Of a stretch of DNA of 64,000 bases, positions 51,273-64,000 are shown one piece after another (the stretch's first letter is position 1; the number at the start of each line of letters is the position of its first letter). Location: assembly GCA_002633005.1 (NCBI GenBank), contig NMRA01000020.1, positions 1,211,650 through 1,275,649 of the forward strand. Reading direction: 5' to 3'. Made by a program: the position numbers and the translations under genes. This DNA is from Phoronis australis (lineage: Eukaryota; Animalia; Phoronida). The notes under the pieces are model-generated. The model was not told where the DNA came from. It did not search any database and saw nothing but the letters and a program-made list of their open reading frames with translations.

Positions 51273-51346
51273 ATGCACTGAGCATACACTCATGCACTGA
51301 GCATACACTCATGCACTGAGCATACACTCATGTACTGAGCATACAC
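51273..51346. repeat. Minisatellite, about 4 x 19 bp (ATGCACTGAGCATACACTC), resuming at 52111
   Basis: Direct read. CTGAGCATGCACTCATGCACT follows the LINE poly(A). Confidence 0.85.
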
Positions 51347-52110
51347 CCCATATGCAATTCCTCCGTCGTTCAGTCAAGCATTCAGAAGGTCTACAGTCAT
51401 GATGTGCATCAACAACTGGAATTCTCTTCCAGTCTCTGTTAAGGAAAGCAACTGTTTTACGAGTATAGATAATAATTCTAGAACTGTTTCTCATCATTTT
51501 GATAACTCAACACCCTTGACTCAATTCTCCCTTCCCCGCGATAACGAAATAGCATTGTACAGATCAAGATGTGGCCTTTTCGTCAACTCCGACAAGTTCA
51601 GGCACAACTTTAGTAATGTCTCTCCAAACTGTAAATGCGGTGACCATCAATCTTATACTCATATTTTCTTCAAATGTCCCCTCATCGAATACCTGAGGGA
51701 CTCACTCTTTCGTGCACTCAATGATAATCAATCAATTGTTAACGCTCTCAATTCTTGCAATAATATCCCTACTAGAGTTACATTATTATTGAATGGTAGT
51801 CCTAACCTTGACCTCGTTCTCAACGAATACCTCCTAAGCAACGTTAGAAAATTTTTATGTACCGTTTATCAATATTGTTGCATCTGATTTCCATACATGA
51901 ATCTGTACATATTTTTGTTTTTATATATTTGTAATAACATATTGGAATACTTATATTAGATACTACTTAATTGTATATACCTCTATGTATATTAGTTTCA
52001 TTTATGAGTTGTTTACAACCCAGATAAAATGCTTCGCGGTTTCTGGGTTTGTTATTATTTCTTTGTATGTTCTGTGTAATCTTCAATAAATATATATCAC
52101 TTTAAAAAAA
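51347..52110 (+). mobile_element. 5'-truncated CR1/L2-group LINE 3' end
   Basis: ORF 51399-51887 with WNSLP and C.CG....H.FF.CP, AT-rich 3' UTR, AATAAA and a short poly(A). Confidence 0.75.
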
Positions 52111-53744
52111 CTGAGCATGCACTCATGCACTAACTAACTGTCAGTTAAGTAAATTTGGTTCAGTTGTATTCACTGACACCTGCATCTCAATTTCAGCCAT
52201 GGTAATGTTTTGTAAGTTTCACGAAGGTACTCCCAGTCCGCAGGCCTTGGTTTAGAAGTTATGCCGCTCATACGGCGATGCACCGCTTTAAAAGGTGGTC
52301 AAAGTGATTATGGCACTTGGTTACGCAATAAGTTAATGGTTGATAACGAGCGTGTGACGCACGTTTCATTTATATATTATTCGGTACAAATGCTGATCAT
52401 ACATAACACATGCTCCTGAAGGTACTCCATGAACAAAGTAGTTCGAGTTGCTGACTTGCCCAACGATATACGTGTAACGCATACTACGCCCTCTCAGTTT
52501 ACAGCAACGAGTCAACGACCGGCGAAATAGACATTAATTACTGCTCACAACATGCATTTTAAGGACATTTTTGACCTCCGATCGAATGCATTATCGTCGC
52601 AATTGTTCACTTACACTTAAAAGGGTTACCAGGGAAAATTAGTTTTGGGCTCCCGTTTCCACAAGGTGGGATCCCTAGCGTTTTGTGTGTTACTCCCAAG
52701 ATGTAGCTTATTTACCTTAATGTATAACTCGGACCTGACAGTGCATAAAGTTGGAGTGGTGAATATTTCGACAAACGCATGTTTACATCTAAATAACAAA
52801 GCAAATACTGCTCGCCGATTCGCATATCATTTATTATAGGAGATGAGGAAAGGATTGTAGACACAAAAACGCTCATATTGCTACGCTTAGAATTTATTGT
52901 TTGCTTCCTGTTGTTCCGTGGTCGATCGTACTGTCGTTCAATGAACACCTAATAACGCCACAAGCATGGTGCATAACGTTGTGCTAGCATTCACTTCAAC
53001 GGAAGTAACTCCTGCAACGACACAGATATTATTAGTCGTGCCGCAAAGCGTCCAGCGGAGCATCCATGGGGGTCTCAAAGGGCACGTGTTCCTTCCAAAC
53101 TGTAATATAGCCCTACTGCCGTCGAAACTAGTTTCAATGTTACATTTACCCCCTCCCCCCTGTTCACTGGAAAGTGCTCCCTCTTTTAGACCACCCACGT
53201 TGCAAACGATTTCGCGATTCCTCCCTGTGTAAGTCGAAATATAACTGTCATCATTTCATGCTCGTTACAGAGCTTTGTCGACCACAAACAAATTTCGAAA
53301 AACAAAGCCAAGGTAAGCTCTTTAATAACCAGTCTATAAGGGCTGGCCGAAAAATTATGAGTGACGTCTTTTTGAAAATTTATACCGAAGGCAAAATTCT
53401 GCTTGACTAGTATATATGTGAAGTACGTAATTATGACTTGATACTGTGAACAGTTCCCGAAAATTTACCGTTAACGTATGGTCGAGCGTTTTTTGAGGCC
53501 GTCGTTTTTTTCCCTTCTTTGCTTGGTCCCGGTGTCACGTTCTTATTCGGTCCCACTGGTAAAATAAAGACCTCAAAGTATTATTGCATTCTGTCAAGAT
53601 GTACATGTGATGCGCTTAATATGATAAAAAAATAATTGCAGGCGGTCTGATACACGTTGTACCAGACGTGCGCAGGCCGCGCATGTAGGCTCATTGCACT
53701 GATCACCTGGAACTATTTTTGTGCTTTATTAATAATAGTTAAAA

Positions 53745-53862
53745 TCGAGCTGAGGAGCTAGAGACCTGACTCAAGGGTCTAGCAGTGTGGCCCAGTGGGA
53801 CTTGAACCCACGACCTCGAGTAAAGAAGGCGGGCACCATCACAATAGGCCACACTGCCTCCT
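53745..53862 (-). mobile_element. tRNA-derived SINE
   Basis: Minus strand GGCAGTGTGGCCTATTGTG (A box-like), GGTTCAAGTCCC (B box), then a CCCTTGAGTCAGG core-like segment. Confidence 0.65.
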
Positions 53863-55210
53863 CTAATGAACTTATGAACTCGGGTTAAATATGTCCTTTC
53901 GGTTGTTTGTCAAACACATGTATCAGTGCCCTGCTCATACTTGTTCAGTTCAAGCACCTAGGAGATCTAAATTCATCATTTGTCAAATACAAACATGAAA
54001 ACGTTACTGCTATTTGTAATTCAGGATAGTTTTATGATGTACCACTAGATAGCGGTGTGATTTTTAAAACGCTTATTTTTATCAAGGGGGTATGGCATGC
54101 CATCGTGTATTTTTGGGAATCACTTCAACCGGCTTTATGTTTTGAAAATTAGTACAATAGCATTGGCTGTTTTTGATATCATTATTCAACGATAATGTCT
54201 ACTAACTGCCCTCAGTAACTAAAGGTTATCTGAATGTAATTGTTATTTTTGTTGCTTCAGACTCTGTAAAGAGTTTGACTGGCGTTTCTCATTATTTCAT
54301 CGTTTTTCATATTTTATGGACACAAGCACACTAAATTCGTCTTTGAATACAATACTTACCCAACAGTCGTATACACATTTTAGTTGGAAAAGACAATCTA
54401 AAACTCCCTGGACGCTGTATCTCTCATCCATAAAAGACTCATCAGTCACAACGGTTTTCAACAAATTTCAAGATCGTTTTCAACTTGGCGATGAAACAGA
54501 CCGCGTGAGGTTACGTTTCGTTTTGAGGAAAGCAAATAATTGTTAAGTATACACATCAAGAGGATTTCCAAAATGGAGGGTTAGAAAAATGTACGCTTTG
54601 ACTAGACTCGACTTAAGTTAGACATTCAACAGAAAATTGCTCTTAATGATCGAAAAGATTTTAAACGAAAAAATCAACCTTCTACAGAAAGGCTGAGCTC
54701 AAAATAACGTTAACAAACAATGACTTTTGACCTTTGAAGCGCATCATTCCTTCAGAAAACTTTATCTCGAACTGATGAAGTTATGTAGTTCAAGGGCATA
54801 CCAATTAACAAAATTTGCGAAGCTTAAATCACAAAATGTAAAATAGAAACGGTTTTTGAAGAAATGGAAATTTATTTGTGTATTGTTTGTCTGAACAATA
54901 CGATAATTCGATTGAAGAAATGTTGAGCCATTGTGAATACGAGAGTTACTCTGAACCTGACAAAATAGAAAAGTAGCCAAAAAAGTCAACAGACAACTAC
55001 ACTTGATGTCTCTAAAAATGCGTCCAATGTCCACACAAAAGTTTGGGATTCCCTGTAGGAATGTAAAACATAGTCGCTAACCAATAAACTCCTTTGCACT
55101 CAATAATATTGACCTTTCAAACCGTTTCAGTTGAATAGATCGGAAACTCGTAATTTGAAAAGAGTGTTACACATTAGCGACTACAAAGCAGCAAAATTTG
55201 GAGAGCTTAA

Positions 55211-56407
55211 AGGAGAATGCCACCCAATTTAATTAGTCTTTTTTACCGTCTTAATCGGTCTATATCAACATCGCCTCTTATACGGTCGACCTCACCTTGC
55301 TGAGAGGTGTCGCGTTAACCGGTGAGGAAGGTGAGGAACGACGCAGCGACGTCAGTGGTTCGTCTGCAGAGTGAATGCCGCTATATTTCGGTGCATCGTT
55401 CCCGCTGCGAAGAAAGCGGGTATATCATTTTTTCGACTTCCTCGAGAGCCCGAAATGCTTAGGAAGGCTCGTGGTAGTGAAGAATGAAAGGTGTGGCTGT
55501 TAACAGCAAGTATGAGGCCGTGAAACATCTCTGTGTCAGACTCTGTGGCCGGTATTTGGTTGACAGTATTTATCAGACGAATTCCGGCTTACCAAAGAAC
55601 TATCCATTCGTTCCGTTGCCTGTGCTTGTTCACAGCGCCTCTCTAGTATTTTTTTATCAGTGTATTCCGATTCTAACTGATAGCCTGTGAAACCTAATGA
55701 TCCTACCCGTGAAATCTTCGTCGGATGAGCTCTTGACTAAGTCGGGATTGGCGCCGAGCGAGTTGCCATGTCTGCGTTCTGTTTCAAAATGAATTGTTCT
55801 CATCCTAACCAATGCTTATATAAAACTGAAACAAAGTCTGTCTCATTAGATACAATTTGTAATGCCTTTGCAGTATTCGTGAGTGCGCATGTTGAGAAGC
55901 CAGCAATGAATAAACCACTGCGTTACCAGCTTTTGATACTGTTGGATCTTTGGTTAGACATCAACAACCCAGATGGTTAAGATAATCAACGATTTATTCT
56001 ACACTAAACAAAGCTACAAACTTGCCAACATAGTGGCTAAACCGGTTGTCCTCTTTACATCCTGTTCCCAGTAAAACATGCTTACGACTTAGGTTTCTAT
56101 TCTACATAAAACTTGAGTACGACTAAAGTCGTTTTTATAAGAACTCGGTGTATTTTTAAGGATTTTACAACGAAGTTTGATGATTTATTGGTGTTAAACG
56201 ATGAATTCAAGCGATAAGCTGACACCAGTAACCCGTGTTGTGAACTACTGAACAGACTACGTGTGAAACCAATGACGTCACTGGATAATTTCAACACCTC
56301 CGTCTGCCGTCAGGTGTCAGGTAACGCAACCGAACGTGCCGTTATGGAGTAGAACTACTCGATCTAAATTGATGCAAAATAGGTTGTTTTTTGGGTGGCA
56401 TTCTCCT
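55211..56407. mobile_element. Non-autonomous TTAA-flanked DNA transposon (Kolobok-like), family B copy 2
   Basis: TTAA|AGGAGAATGCCACCC ... GGGTGGCATTCTCCT|TTAA. Homologous to 2254-3952. Confidence 0.85.
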
Positions 56408-56682
56408 TTAACTCACAAGACGTTGAAACAGCAAAATTTTTAAAATATGCCAATCTTGCGATACCTCTTGATCTAAATAATATTATGTATAAAAATTGAT
56501 TTCATGAATCACTTTTAATATGAAATTTGTGACTGTGGTCAGCCAAGAGTAACAATAATCTGAAATCGGCAGCATAACAATTACATTTATTATTTCCATC
56601 AATAAGAACAACAATAATATTTATTTTTACTAATAATTATAATTGTTCATATTAAAGTTGAAACTGGTCTGATGGATTACCT

Positions 56683-56797
56683 TTGTTGTTATTGTTGTCA
56701 TTGGTATTATTATTATTATTATTATTATTTTTATTAATAATTATAAATGTTATCAATGTCATCATCATCATCATTATTGTTGTTATTGTTATCATTT
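56683..56797. repeat. Compound (ATT/GTT/ATC)n microsatellite
   Basis: Direct read. Confidence 0.85.
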
Positions 56798-57008
56798 TAA
56801 GAAGAAATACGTACGTCAATAGTACTGTGTGTAAACGCAAGCAAGAATGAAGAAATAATAATAAAAATAATAATATCATTATCCTTGTCATTATTACTAT
56901 AAAGATAAGATACGTACATAAGTAAACTGTGTTCGAATTCACGTAGAGTAATGATAATGGTTTTAATAAGAATGAAGAAGTGATGTGCACATAATTGTGG
57001 ATACCTAC

Positions 57009-57209
57009 CTGGTTCTGTGTAGCAGTTAGAATCGTCAGACCGTGAGTTACAGGCACACACGCCTAAGTCGAAATAGGGATTCGCCATAGTTATGGCACAG
57101 GTTTTAGAGAGCTGCAACTTTTTGGGATCCTTGGATGCTTTGAAATCCTCCTGAGAAATGTACGTATGGCAGTCCAATCGCATGTAATAGGTTTCTCCTT
57201 TGGCGCACT
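57009..57209 (-). CDS. Internal exon encoding a six-Cys module (chitin-binding type-2-like)
   Basis: CATTTTAG|...|GTAGGT, 201 nt, phase 1-1. CAKGETYYMRLDCHTY...TCAITMANPYFDLGVCAC...NCY. Confidence 0.6.
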
Positions 57210-60200
57210 CTAAAATGAGCAAACAACAGTTCTCAACTGTGTAGAGAGGTAATTGCCTCCACCTGGTATTCCTCTTGGAGCGCTGTCCTCCAAAAGGTGG
57301 CACTAAGCACTGAAATAATGTGTGCATCAGTTAATATACGTTTGTTTGGAAGAGAAGTAATTGGATTTAGTCTTTCCAGATGAAACTGTAGGCAATACTT
57401 CGCCAAAGGGGCAAAATACTCAGTGCTAATAATACCGTTTATAACGAGGCCACCTTTGAGTTTTTCCAAAGAGGTTCATCTTTTACTGCATATATTTAGC
57501 CGACATCATTGATAATTCAGCAACATGGCAATTGCCACGTGCAAAACGCCGAGCAATTTTGCTCTTGAAAATCTCTGCATATCAAGATTCTTGGACTTTG
57601 TGAAGGTGTAGTAAAATATCCGTTTAGTTTTCATGTGCTTGCAAGCAGTGCATGCTGAATTTTTTTGTAACTTAGTACTCATATCAAAACAACTTGGACT
57701 ATGCTTCAGTTGTTATAAAAGAGTGGTCCTACTTTAAATGTTTATTAACTAGCAATGCTGGGTTACACAGCTAAAGGGCAAATACCTCAATTCAAGTGGC
57801 TGATTTTGACGTTACCACTGGTCTCGGTCAGTGAAACCCAAAATACATGAAAAAGCCAAAATTTTCAGAAAGCTCACTCGATGAGGTTTCTCAGATATTA
57901 AGAAATTTAACAAAACCATTTCTTTATACCTTTTTCTGTCCACCAGAAAAAAATCCGTGATGCTAAAAATGACGAAAAAGTGCGAAAGTGGCCTTTTGTA
58001 CTTAAAATTCAGGACCAGTAGCCTGCAGAAGGGCAGGATTAGTGAATAAATATTTACGCTCTGAAACTTGTAATTGTCAAGCACAGTTTCATCCTTGAAA
58101 ACTACATAACTTTTAAAAACCAATAAATGTACTACAAAATTTATTTTAAACATACTTCGTTTATCGGCGAATCGTGACATCCCAAAATTAGATAACGTGT
58201 TGATGGAACTCCTCCTCTAACAAACGAGTTCACTCATTTAAACATCCTCTTTATGAAAATCTGCACAATCGTTCTAACATAAAAGCCCGATGCCATTTTC
58301 CGTTTTCACTCTCTTAGGATTAGAAATGTGCCATTAAGCCAGCTACCACTGGAGGCACAACGGGCCCAACCGTCGGGGTGCGCGACTTACTCCTTTGCAA
58401 TTGATTATACGAAACGAGACCTTTCATTACTACGACTATCATTGAGGTGTACCAGGTTGCATATCACCACTTCAGAACAAAGCTCGTAACCTCTAGATTA
58501 GCCGCGAGAGTTTGCATTGCGAATTTCAGTTGGTCTGCTCGACTGAGTTTCAATCGAGTGTTGTAGTTATCAAATCAAGCCTAATTTCATTGCTTTAGTT
58601 TCACTGTGCCGTTCGTTTCATCAAGTGAGAGTCTGGGTTTACGGTTCTTCTGGACAACGCCCAGCTTTCCTTCTTTGGCGTTAGATGCCTCTATGGTTCG
58701 AATTTAAAACTAAATCAAAGTTCCCTCGGGCACTGTCAGTAAAATAAACCCCTAATATTTCGTGGAAATTACCCTGCGCACTTAGAAGGTATAATAGTCA
58801 AAATGGCTAAAAGCATCGAAAATCAAAATGCCTGAAAATGACCGATAAAGATTTGCCACGTAGGCATCATGGAAGTCAATTGAAGTCGTCCCACAAGGCC
58901 GTATATCCGGATCATGAATACTTTGGCTATCACCAATTTTTTTACTTTTGGCAATTAAAAATAAAACAAATATATAATTTACACAAATTATGAAAATGGC
59001 ATGCATTTTTGAAAAAAAACACTAAAGTTGACAAATACTGATTATTTTTATCATGCAATGCAGCTAATTATTCAAAAACCAATACAAAAGTGTGGATGCC
59101 AGTACGTCACCCACACGTGATTGAGGTTATTTGGGATCCCCAAAATGACTACATTTGGCCAAGTTCAGAAATGGCGAATCAGATTCGTTTGAAACTTTCG
59201 CATACTATGCAATGCTCTCCAACAAAATATTTGGATGGTCTGTCAAAATAAGGTTTTGTGATTTTTATTAAGTCAAAAGTTGCTTAAATGAAAACGAAAT
59301 TACATTTTAGAAATCTGTAACGGCAGGGATATTTGGCTAAATGCGCATTTGGATGAGATCTTGCATAATATTAAAAGCAAAGAAAATAAATAATTACCCC
59401 GCTTAAACGTTGGTAAAACGACTTTCGGCGGATCTGTAATGTCTTCTGCGGGGTTTGCGACTGCAAAAGATTTGTGTCAATGGTTATTGAAGTCATTTCC
59501 AGCGTCATATTCGAAAAGGCAAATGAAAAACACAAATCGAAGAGTGCCGCACCCGATTGGAACGGCATCGGCTATCCTCTCAAACGTGAAATTCAAATAC
59601 ACAAATCTGGTTTTACATCTATCTTCAAAGACGGAGCTTAGAAATCTTCGTACTATAAACACAAATGCTTTACTTCAAGCCACTTTTGAGCCCTAATCAC
59701 GTGAGTGTTTTTCTTCAATTGCAGACGATTGAAATTTCATCAGCAATCTGTCAAATGACCCCTCAATCGCCTAAGACATCAGAAACTGGCGTCAGTGTTG
59801 TCTTGAACATGAAGGCTCCTTTGCGAGTTTTATCACCAACTTACAAGTCCAGGACAACGAAATCCTGTCAAGTGTAAAACTTTTACGGAAATTTATTCGT
59901 TGACCTTTGAAATCCGAGCAGACTTTTTTTTGGATTGGATGTGACTGCATTAAACGGATCCCATAACATGTCGTGTTACTGTTAGACGCTATCTGTTTCA
60001 AGTTAAGAAAGGGGACTGAGGTCTTCCCCAATTAGGAACGATTCTTTAATGTTTGTACTCCATATCGAACTTAACATAATTTTTGGCATTTTTCGTTGTA
60101 CTTGTGTGGAAACTGTCAATTATACCATGCTCGATTGTATTATGTTTCTATCACGAAGAGGTAACCCATTCTGGTTTTATGCACACGAGTTTCTAGTCCA

Positions 60201-63200
60201 TGCTCGCACTTGATGATTTCTGAGATACAAACTCGAACATTAACTCGAGATTTTTAGTAAAGGCTCGAAATATCAAGTTTAGACCCGAGCCTTAACTGTT
60301 GATGCAGGAGTCGCCAATGTTAACTGGGAAAAAGAAATGACCCTAATGAACCATTATGTATCTGCACATGGAAAAATAAACACTACCTCGAGTTTGTAAA
60401 AAATTAGAAAATGGCCAAAGTAATTTTTAGTTCAGTTTCCGGTAGACAGATTAGACTACGGGCATAGAGCTGTATTTTGGTTATTGTCTGGACTGATACC
60501 AATTTTCCTACCCTCAGTGTTGCCATGCGTTCGTATAAAATTATGCGTCTTAGACGAAAAATCATTCGGTGTACTTTGTAAATACAAGTCAATACAGTGA
60601 CACGGGAGGAGTTCCAGCGGCGGGGTGTACACCTCTTGTTGCACGTAGATGACGCTGTGGGAACATTAATTATTACGTCAAGTTAATGTTCTGTGTTTGG
60701 GAAAGCCCAAATTTGCCCTTACCAAAGGCGGGTGGTAGCCAAGTTCGACGCGATTGCCTAGACATTTCAGCTTATTCCATTTTTTTTGCTCTGGAAATCC
60801 TGTGCACAAGTTTGTATTTATTTGGAAACTGGCGCTGCATCAAACGATCCTGGCGTGTATCATGGAATCAACAGATCCACTTATGCAATGCTTTGACATG
60901 GCTTCACAACCTGTGATTTTGAAAGGTATAAATGTCCCAGCCACAAATCATTGGGGAGAGTTGTACCACATCAATGTAATCAATGTTCTTTGAATTTGCG
61001 GAACCATAAACAGCTGTCACGCGGTCTAGTGTGTTTACTACACATGATGGAGTCTGAAAGAAAATTTTAAACAGGCGATAAAACAGAAAAGAGCCAATAC
61101 TTTTTGTAATTTGATAGAACTGTCATCCAGTCATAGCAACTTTGTTTTTTAAAATTTGGTAGAATTTCTAAAGCATCGTTTTTTCTTAAAAGAAGTGTAA
61201 ACGTGGGTAGCAGTTTCTTGGATTGCCTGCAAATTAATGTCTTGAGCGAAGGATTGTCTAGGCCCACGTCATCTGATCACGCTGAAGTTTCAAAGAACAG
61301 CTAAATGTCAGTTCTTCATTGGGAAAGCTAGAAGTTTCTTTTCACATGAGTATGGTTAAAGCGAGACCATTACGCTGTGAATAGCCTGAATCAAATGTTC
61401 GTTTCTTGGAGAGAACGGGGTTTTACGGCCGCTGTTATAAGTGACATTGTTAATCGGCAGATTTTTATTATTTGAGGCTATGAATTGGTGTGGAGGACCC
61501 AAACAGAGCTGAGTGGCGTAGGCGCAAAAATTTTTTAAAGCGTGATCAAGTGCTTCTTTTGTAATGCATGGCAATCATTCGCGAACATAGACTCTATTCA
61601 CGCGGCGGACATTAAAATCCAAAGCGAGGCTCACTGCGATAAACAAAGCGAAAGTAGACATTGTGTGAGTTAAATAGCCGGTCTTTCGAGTCCAACCTGG
61701 ATATTGAATTTTAATAATGTGTCAACAATTAAACCACACAGACGTAGAAAATTACATTAGAGAACAAGTTAAGGCGTCAAAGAGTTGTCTGACGAAAGAG
61801 TTTAATTTTTCTCGGAAAACTAGGCTCGAAACATGAAAAGTAAATATGACCAAATTGCGGCGATCGTAGTGTTACGGATTAGGTATTATGCTGAATGCAG
61901 GGTTACTTTTTTCTTGTAAATTGTTGATCAAAATACTTTCTACGCGGACCAGGTCATCTGCTCGTATTGTTGACGAGTTGAAGACATATTCGACAGTGGT
62001 GGCTGTCATGTGCAATTAGTCACATCTGGTTTAATTTGTTGATCAAGAATATTAAAATCAAGCATAGCCTGATCCTATGCACTCCCTGGGACTAACAGTT
62101 GATTTGTCATTGATCTGAAAGAATAATATTTATTGATGTTATTAAATATAATATTTTTATTAAAATAGTAAACCAGACTCGCAATTGAAAGAAAAATTAT
62201 TTGACCATCAATTCTGTTTTCTTGGTTGTAATAATTCTTACGTCTATTTCATGTGTTAGATTTCAAGTATCAATTTGGACCAAGTTGAATTTTAAAATTA
62301 AAACACCTAATTCGTTCGTCCAAAACGTAACCTCGTTTCAGAACTCAATTTCATTTAACTGGAAAATGAAATCATAGTTATCATGTTTCTGCAGGAACCT
62401 CGTTCATCCGAGGGGAAAGGTGCCAGTGCCTACTGAGAGGGGATTTTTTCGTCGTGTGAGGGCGGTAACAGTCTACCTCCCGATCACCATCAATAGCACC
62501 CTCGCCCTGTTGCAAGCTCTCAGAGGCTCTGTCTCATTTTAAAGTAGCCTTTTGTGCTCTTAAAAATTGTCACCTGTGTGGTTACAGGTTATGTGAACTC
62601 AGATTTTTCACTAGGGGAATTTTTATGCCTCGTGGGGGGAATTTCGCGTGATATTTCAATATTTTGAGAGGGGAATAGGGCCGATATTGGGCCCTAAATT
62701 TGAGGGATTGAGGGCTCTGTCCTTTTTGGAAAGAAAAATTATAATGTTTCAACCCGTGCAGGGGCGGATCCAGGATTTTGAATTAAGGGGGGCAGGCACA
62801 GGAATAAGCAGCATTTCGGCAGATGCGCGCGCCCAGCCTAAAATCTGGGGATGCAGGGGTCTTGAATTCTTGGGTTTGCGGACCTGTTGACTAAAAAAAC
62901 GGTAAACGGGGTTCATTCAGCGCCTATGCGTTGTTTACTCACCCCCAAGACCCCCTGGCTGCGCACGTGTGCTAGTCAGCAATTCGCACCCGCACGCGTA
63001 AACCTGTGAAACCCGCACGCGTTACGTACTGACAGGCTTGAAATTAGAATTCCATAACGCACGGCTGGTATGCATTGCTGACTCGTGTGGGGACAACTGA
63101 CTTTTCTGGGTGCTTCCCACTCGTTCTTTCCGGCTTCGAGATCGTACTGAATGCCCAAGACTCCCTTACCATCTTAGTGAAACGGGATTGGGACTGGTCA

Positions 63201-63560
63201 AAACGGGAACTTCAGACAAACACATGCATGCAATGTATAATACCTTGCACGGGTTGACAACGTTTAACATGTGCGTAACTGGTTTGAGTCGCGCTTTCGA
63301 AATCGCGCTCAACAGAAATATGGTTTGACAGGGTTCTACGTAAAACAAGTACGGATCCACTACTGGCTTGAAATAAATGAACGTAGGAATTATTGGTACT
63401 AGGCATGGAACAAACATGGGACAAAAGAGCATTGACCCAATGAAAGTGACAAAGTAGGGAATCCGACCCCCTGGACTCCCATTTAGATTTTAATTGCCCG
63501 GATACTTCACGAACCTAAATCTTTCGATTACTTAACAGCTAAGTTTGTAGCAGTGATTAC

Positions 63561-63758
63561 CTCCAACCCATGTGCTACCACAGACTCCGCCTTTTTCACA
63601 TTGGCAGGTTTCGATATTGAAGAAGGGAGTGTCTTTTGGACAGTTAACTGCATAGCCTTTCATCATCGTTTGAGTGTGATGGCGTACAAAGGTATTGCAG
63701 TCCCTCTCTAGAACCAACGTATACGTGTAATCGCCTTTTTTGCAGAATGAACCGCTTG
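63561..63758 (-). CDS. Internal exon encoding a paralogous six-Cys module (chitin-binding type-2-like)
   Basis: TTTGCTTTTAG|...|GTAATC, 198 nt, phase 1-1. CKKGDYTY...DCNTF...CPKDTPFFNIETCQCEKGGVC. Confidence 0.65.
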
Positions 63759-64000
63759 CTAAAAGCAAAAACAAAAATTTGTATTACAACAATGGGACAT
63801 TTCCTCATGCCTCAGAAAAATCTGGAAACATCTGGAAGAAAATAAAAAGGGGAAGCAAGTGAACATGTTGACATTTCCAACAATAAATCTAATGGACAGA
63901 TATGGAGTGTTAATCCTGAAATTAAGGGCGGCGCATGAAAAGGGTTGGAATCTGAATTCGAAGAAAAGATTCTGGGCTCAGATTTGAGATTAGATCGCGG

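Noticed and set aside
49948-51346. Short tandem arrays as CRISPR-like repeats
   Set aside because: No unique spacers and eukaryotic context; they are ordinary minisatellites.
54261-54546. Alternative phase-compatible last exon for SLC46
   Set aside because: The translation does not look like a transporter tail. The nearer exon 50093-50168 gives a family-typical length.
56652-57056. 134-aa ORF with poly-N/M/I tracts
   Set aside because: Translation of a microsatellite.

Overview
AT-rich eukaryotic (animal, most plausibly marine invertebrate) genomic DNA dominated by transposable elements, with two assembly gaps (34564-34781, 36692-37285). The main result is a complete five-exon Tc1-like (IS630-Tc1-mariner) transposase gene on the minus strand: join complement 23506-23625, 17618-17688, 15799-15991, 9186-9362, 8241-8690, giving 1011 nt and 336 aa. 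It spans 15.4 kb with canonical GT-AG, phase-compatible introns full of decayed TE insertions. Its second catalytic Asp is replaced by Asn (D-N34E), which makes it a candidate domesticated transposase. Host genes are a four-coding-exon SLC46/PCFT-like MFS transporter (45054-50168, +) and two phase-1/1 Cys-rich exons resembling chitin-binding type-2 modules (minus strand, gene continues beyond the window). Also present: a Penelope-like GIY-YIG fragment with a minimal hammerhead ribozyme, a degenerate BEN-domain gene, THAP and HIRAN relics, a Gmr1-type Gypsy element (gag-PR-IN order), two LINE 3' ends, tRNA-derived SINEs, and non-autonomous DNA elements (TTAA/Kolobok-like, MULE with 9-bp TSD, ISL2EU-like with AT TSD). 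All calls are by eye; no database searches were run.
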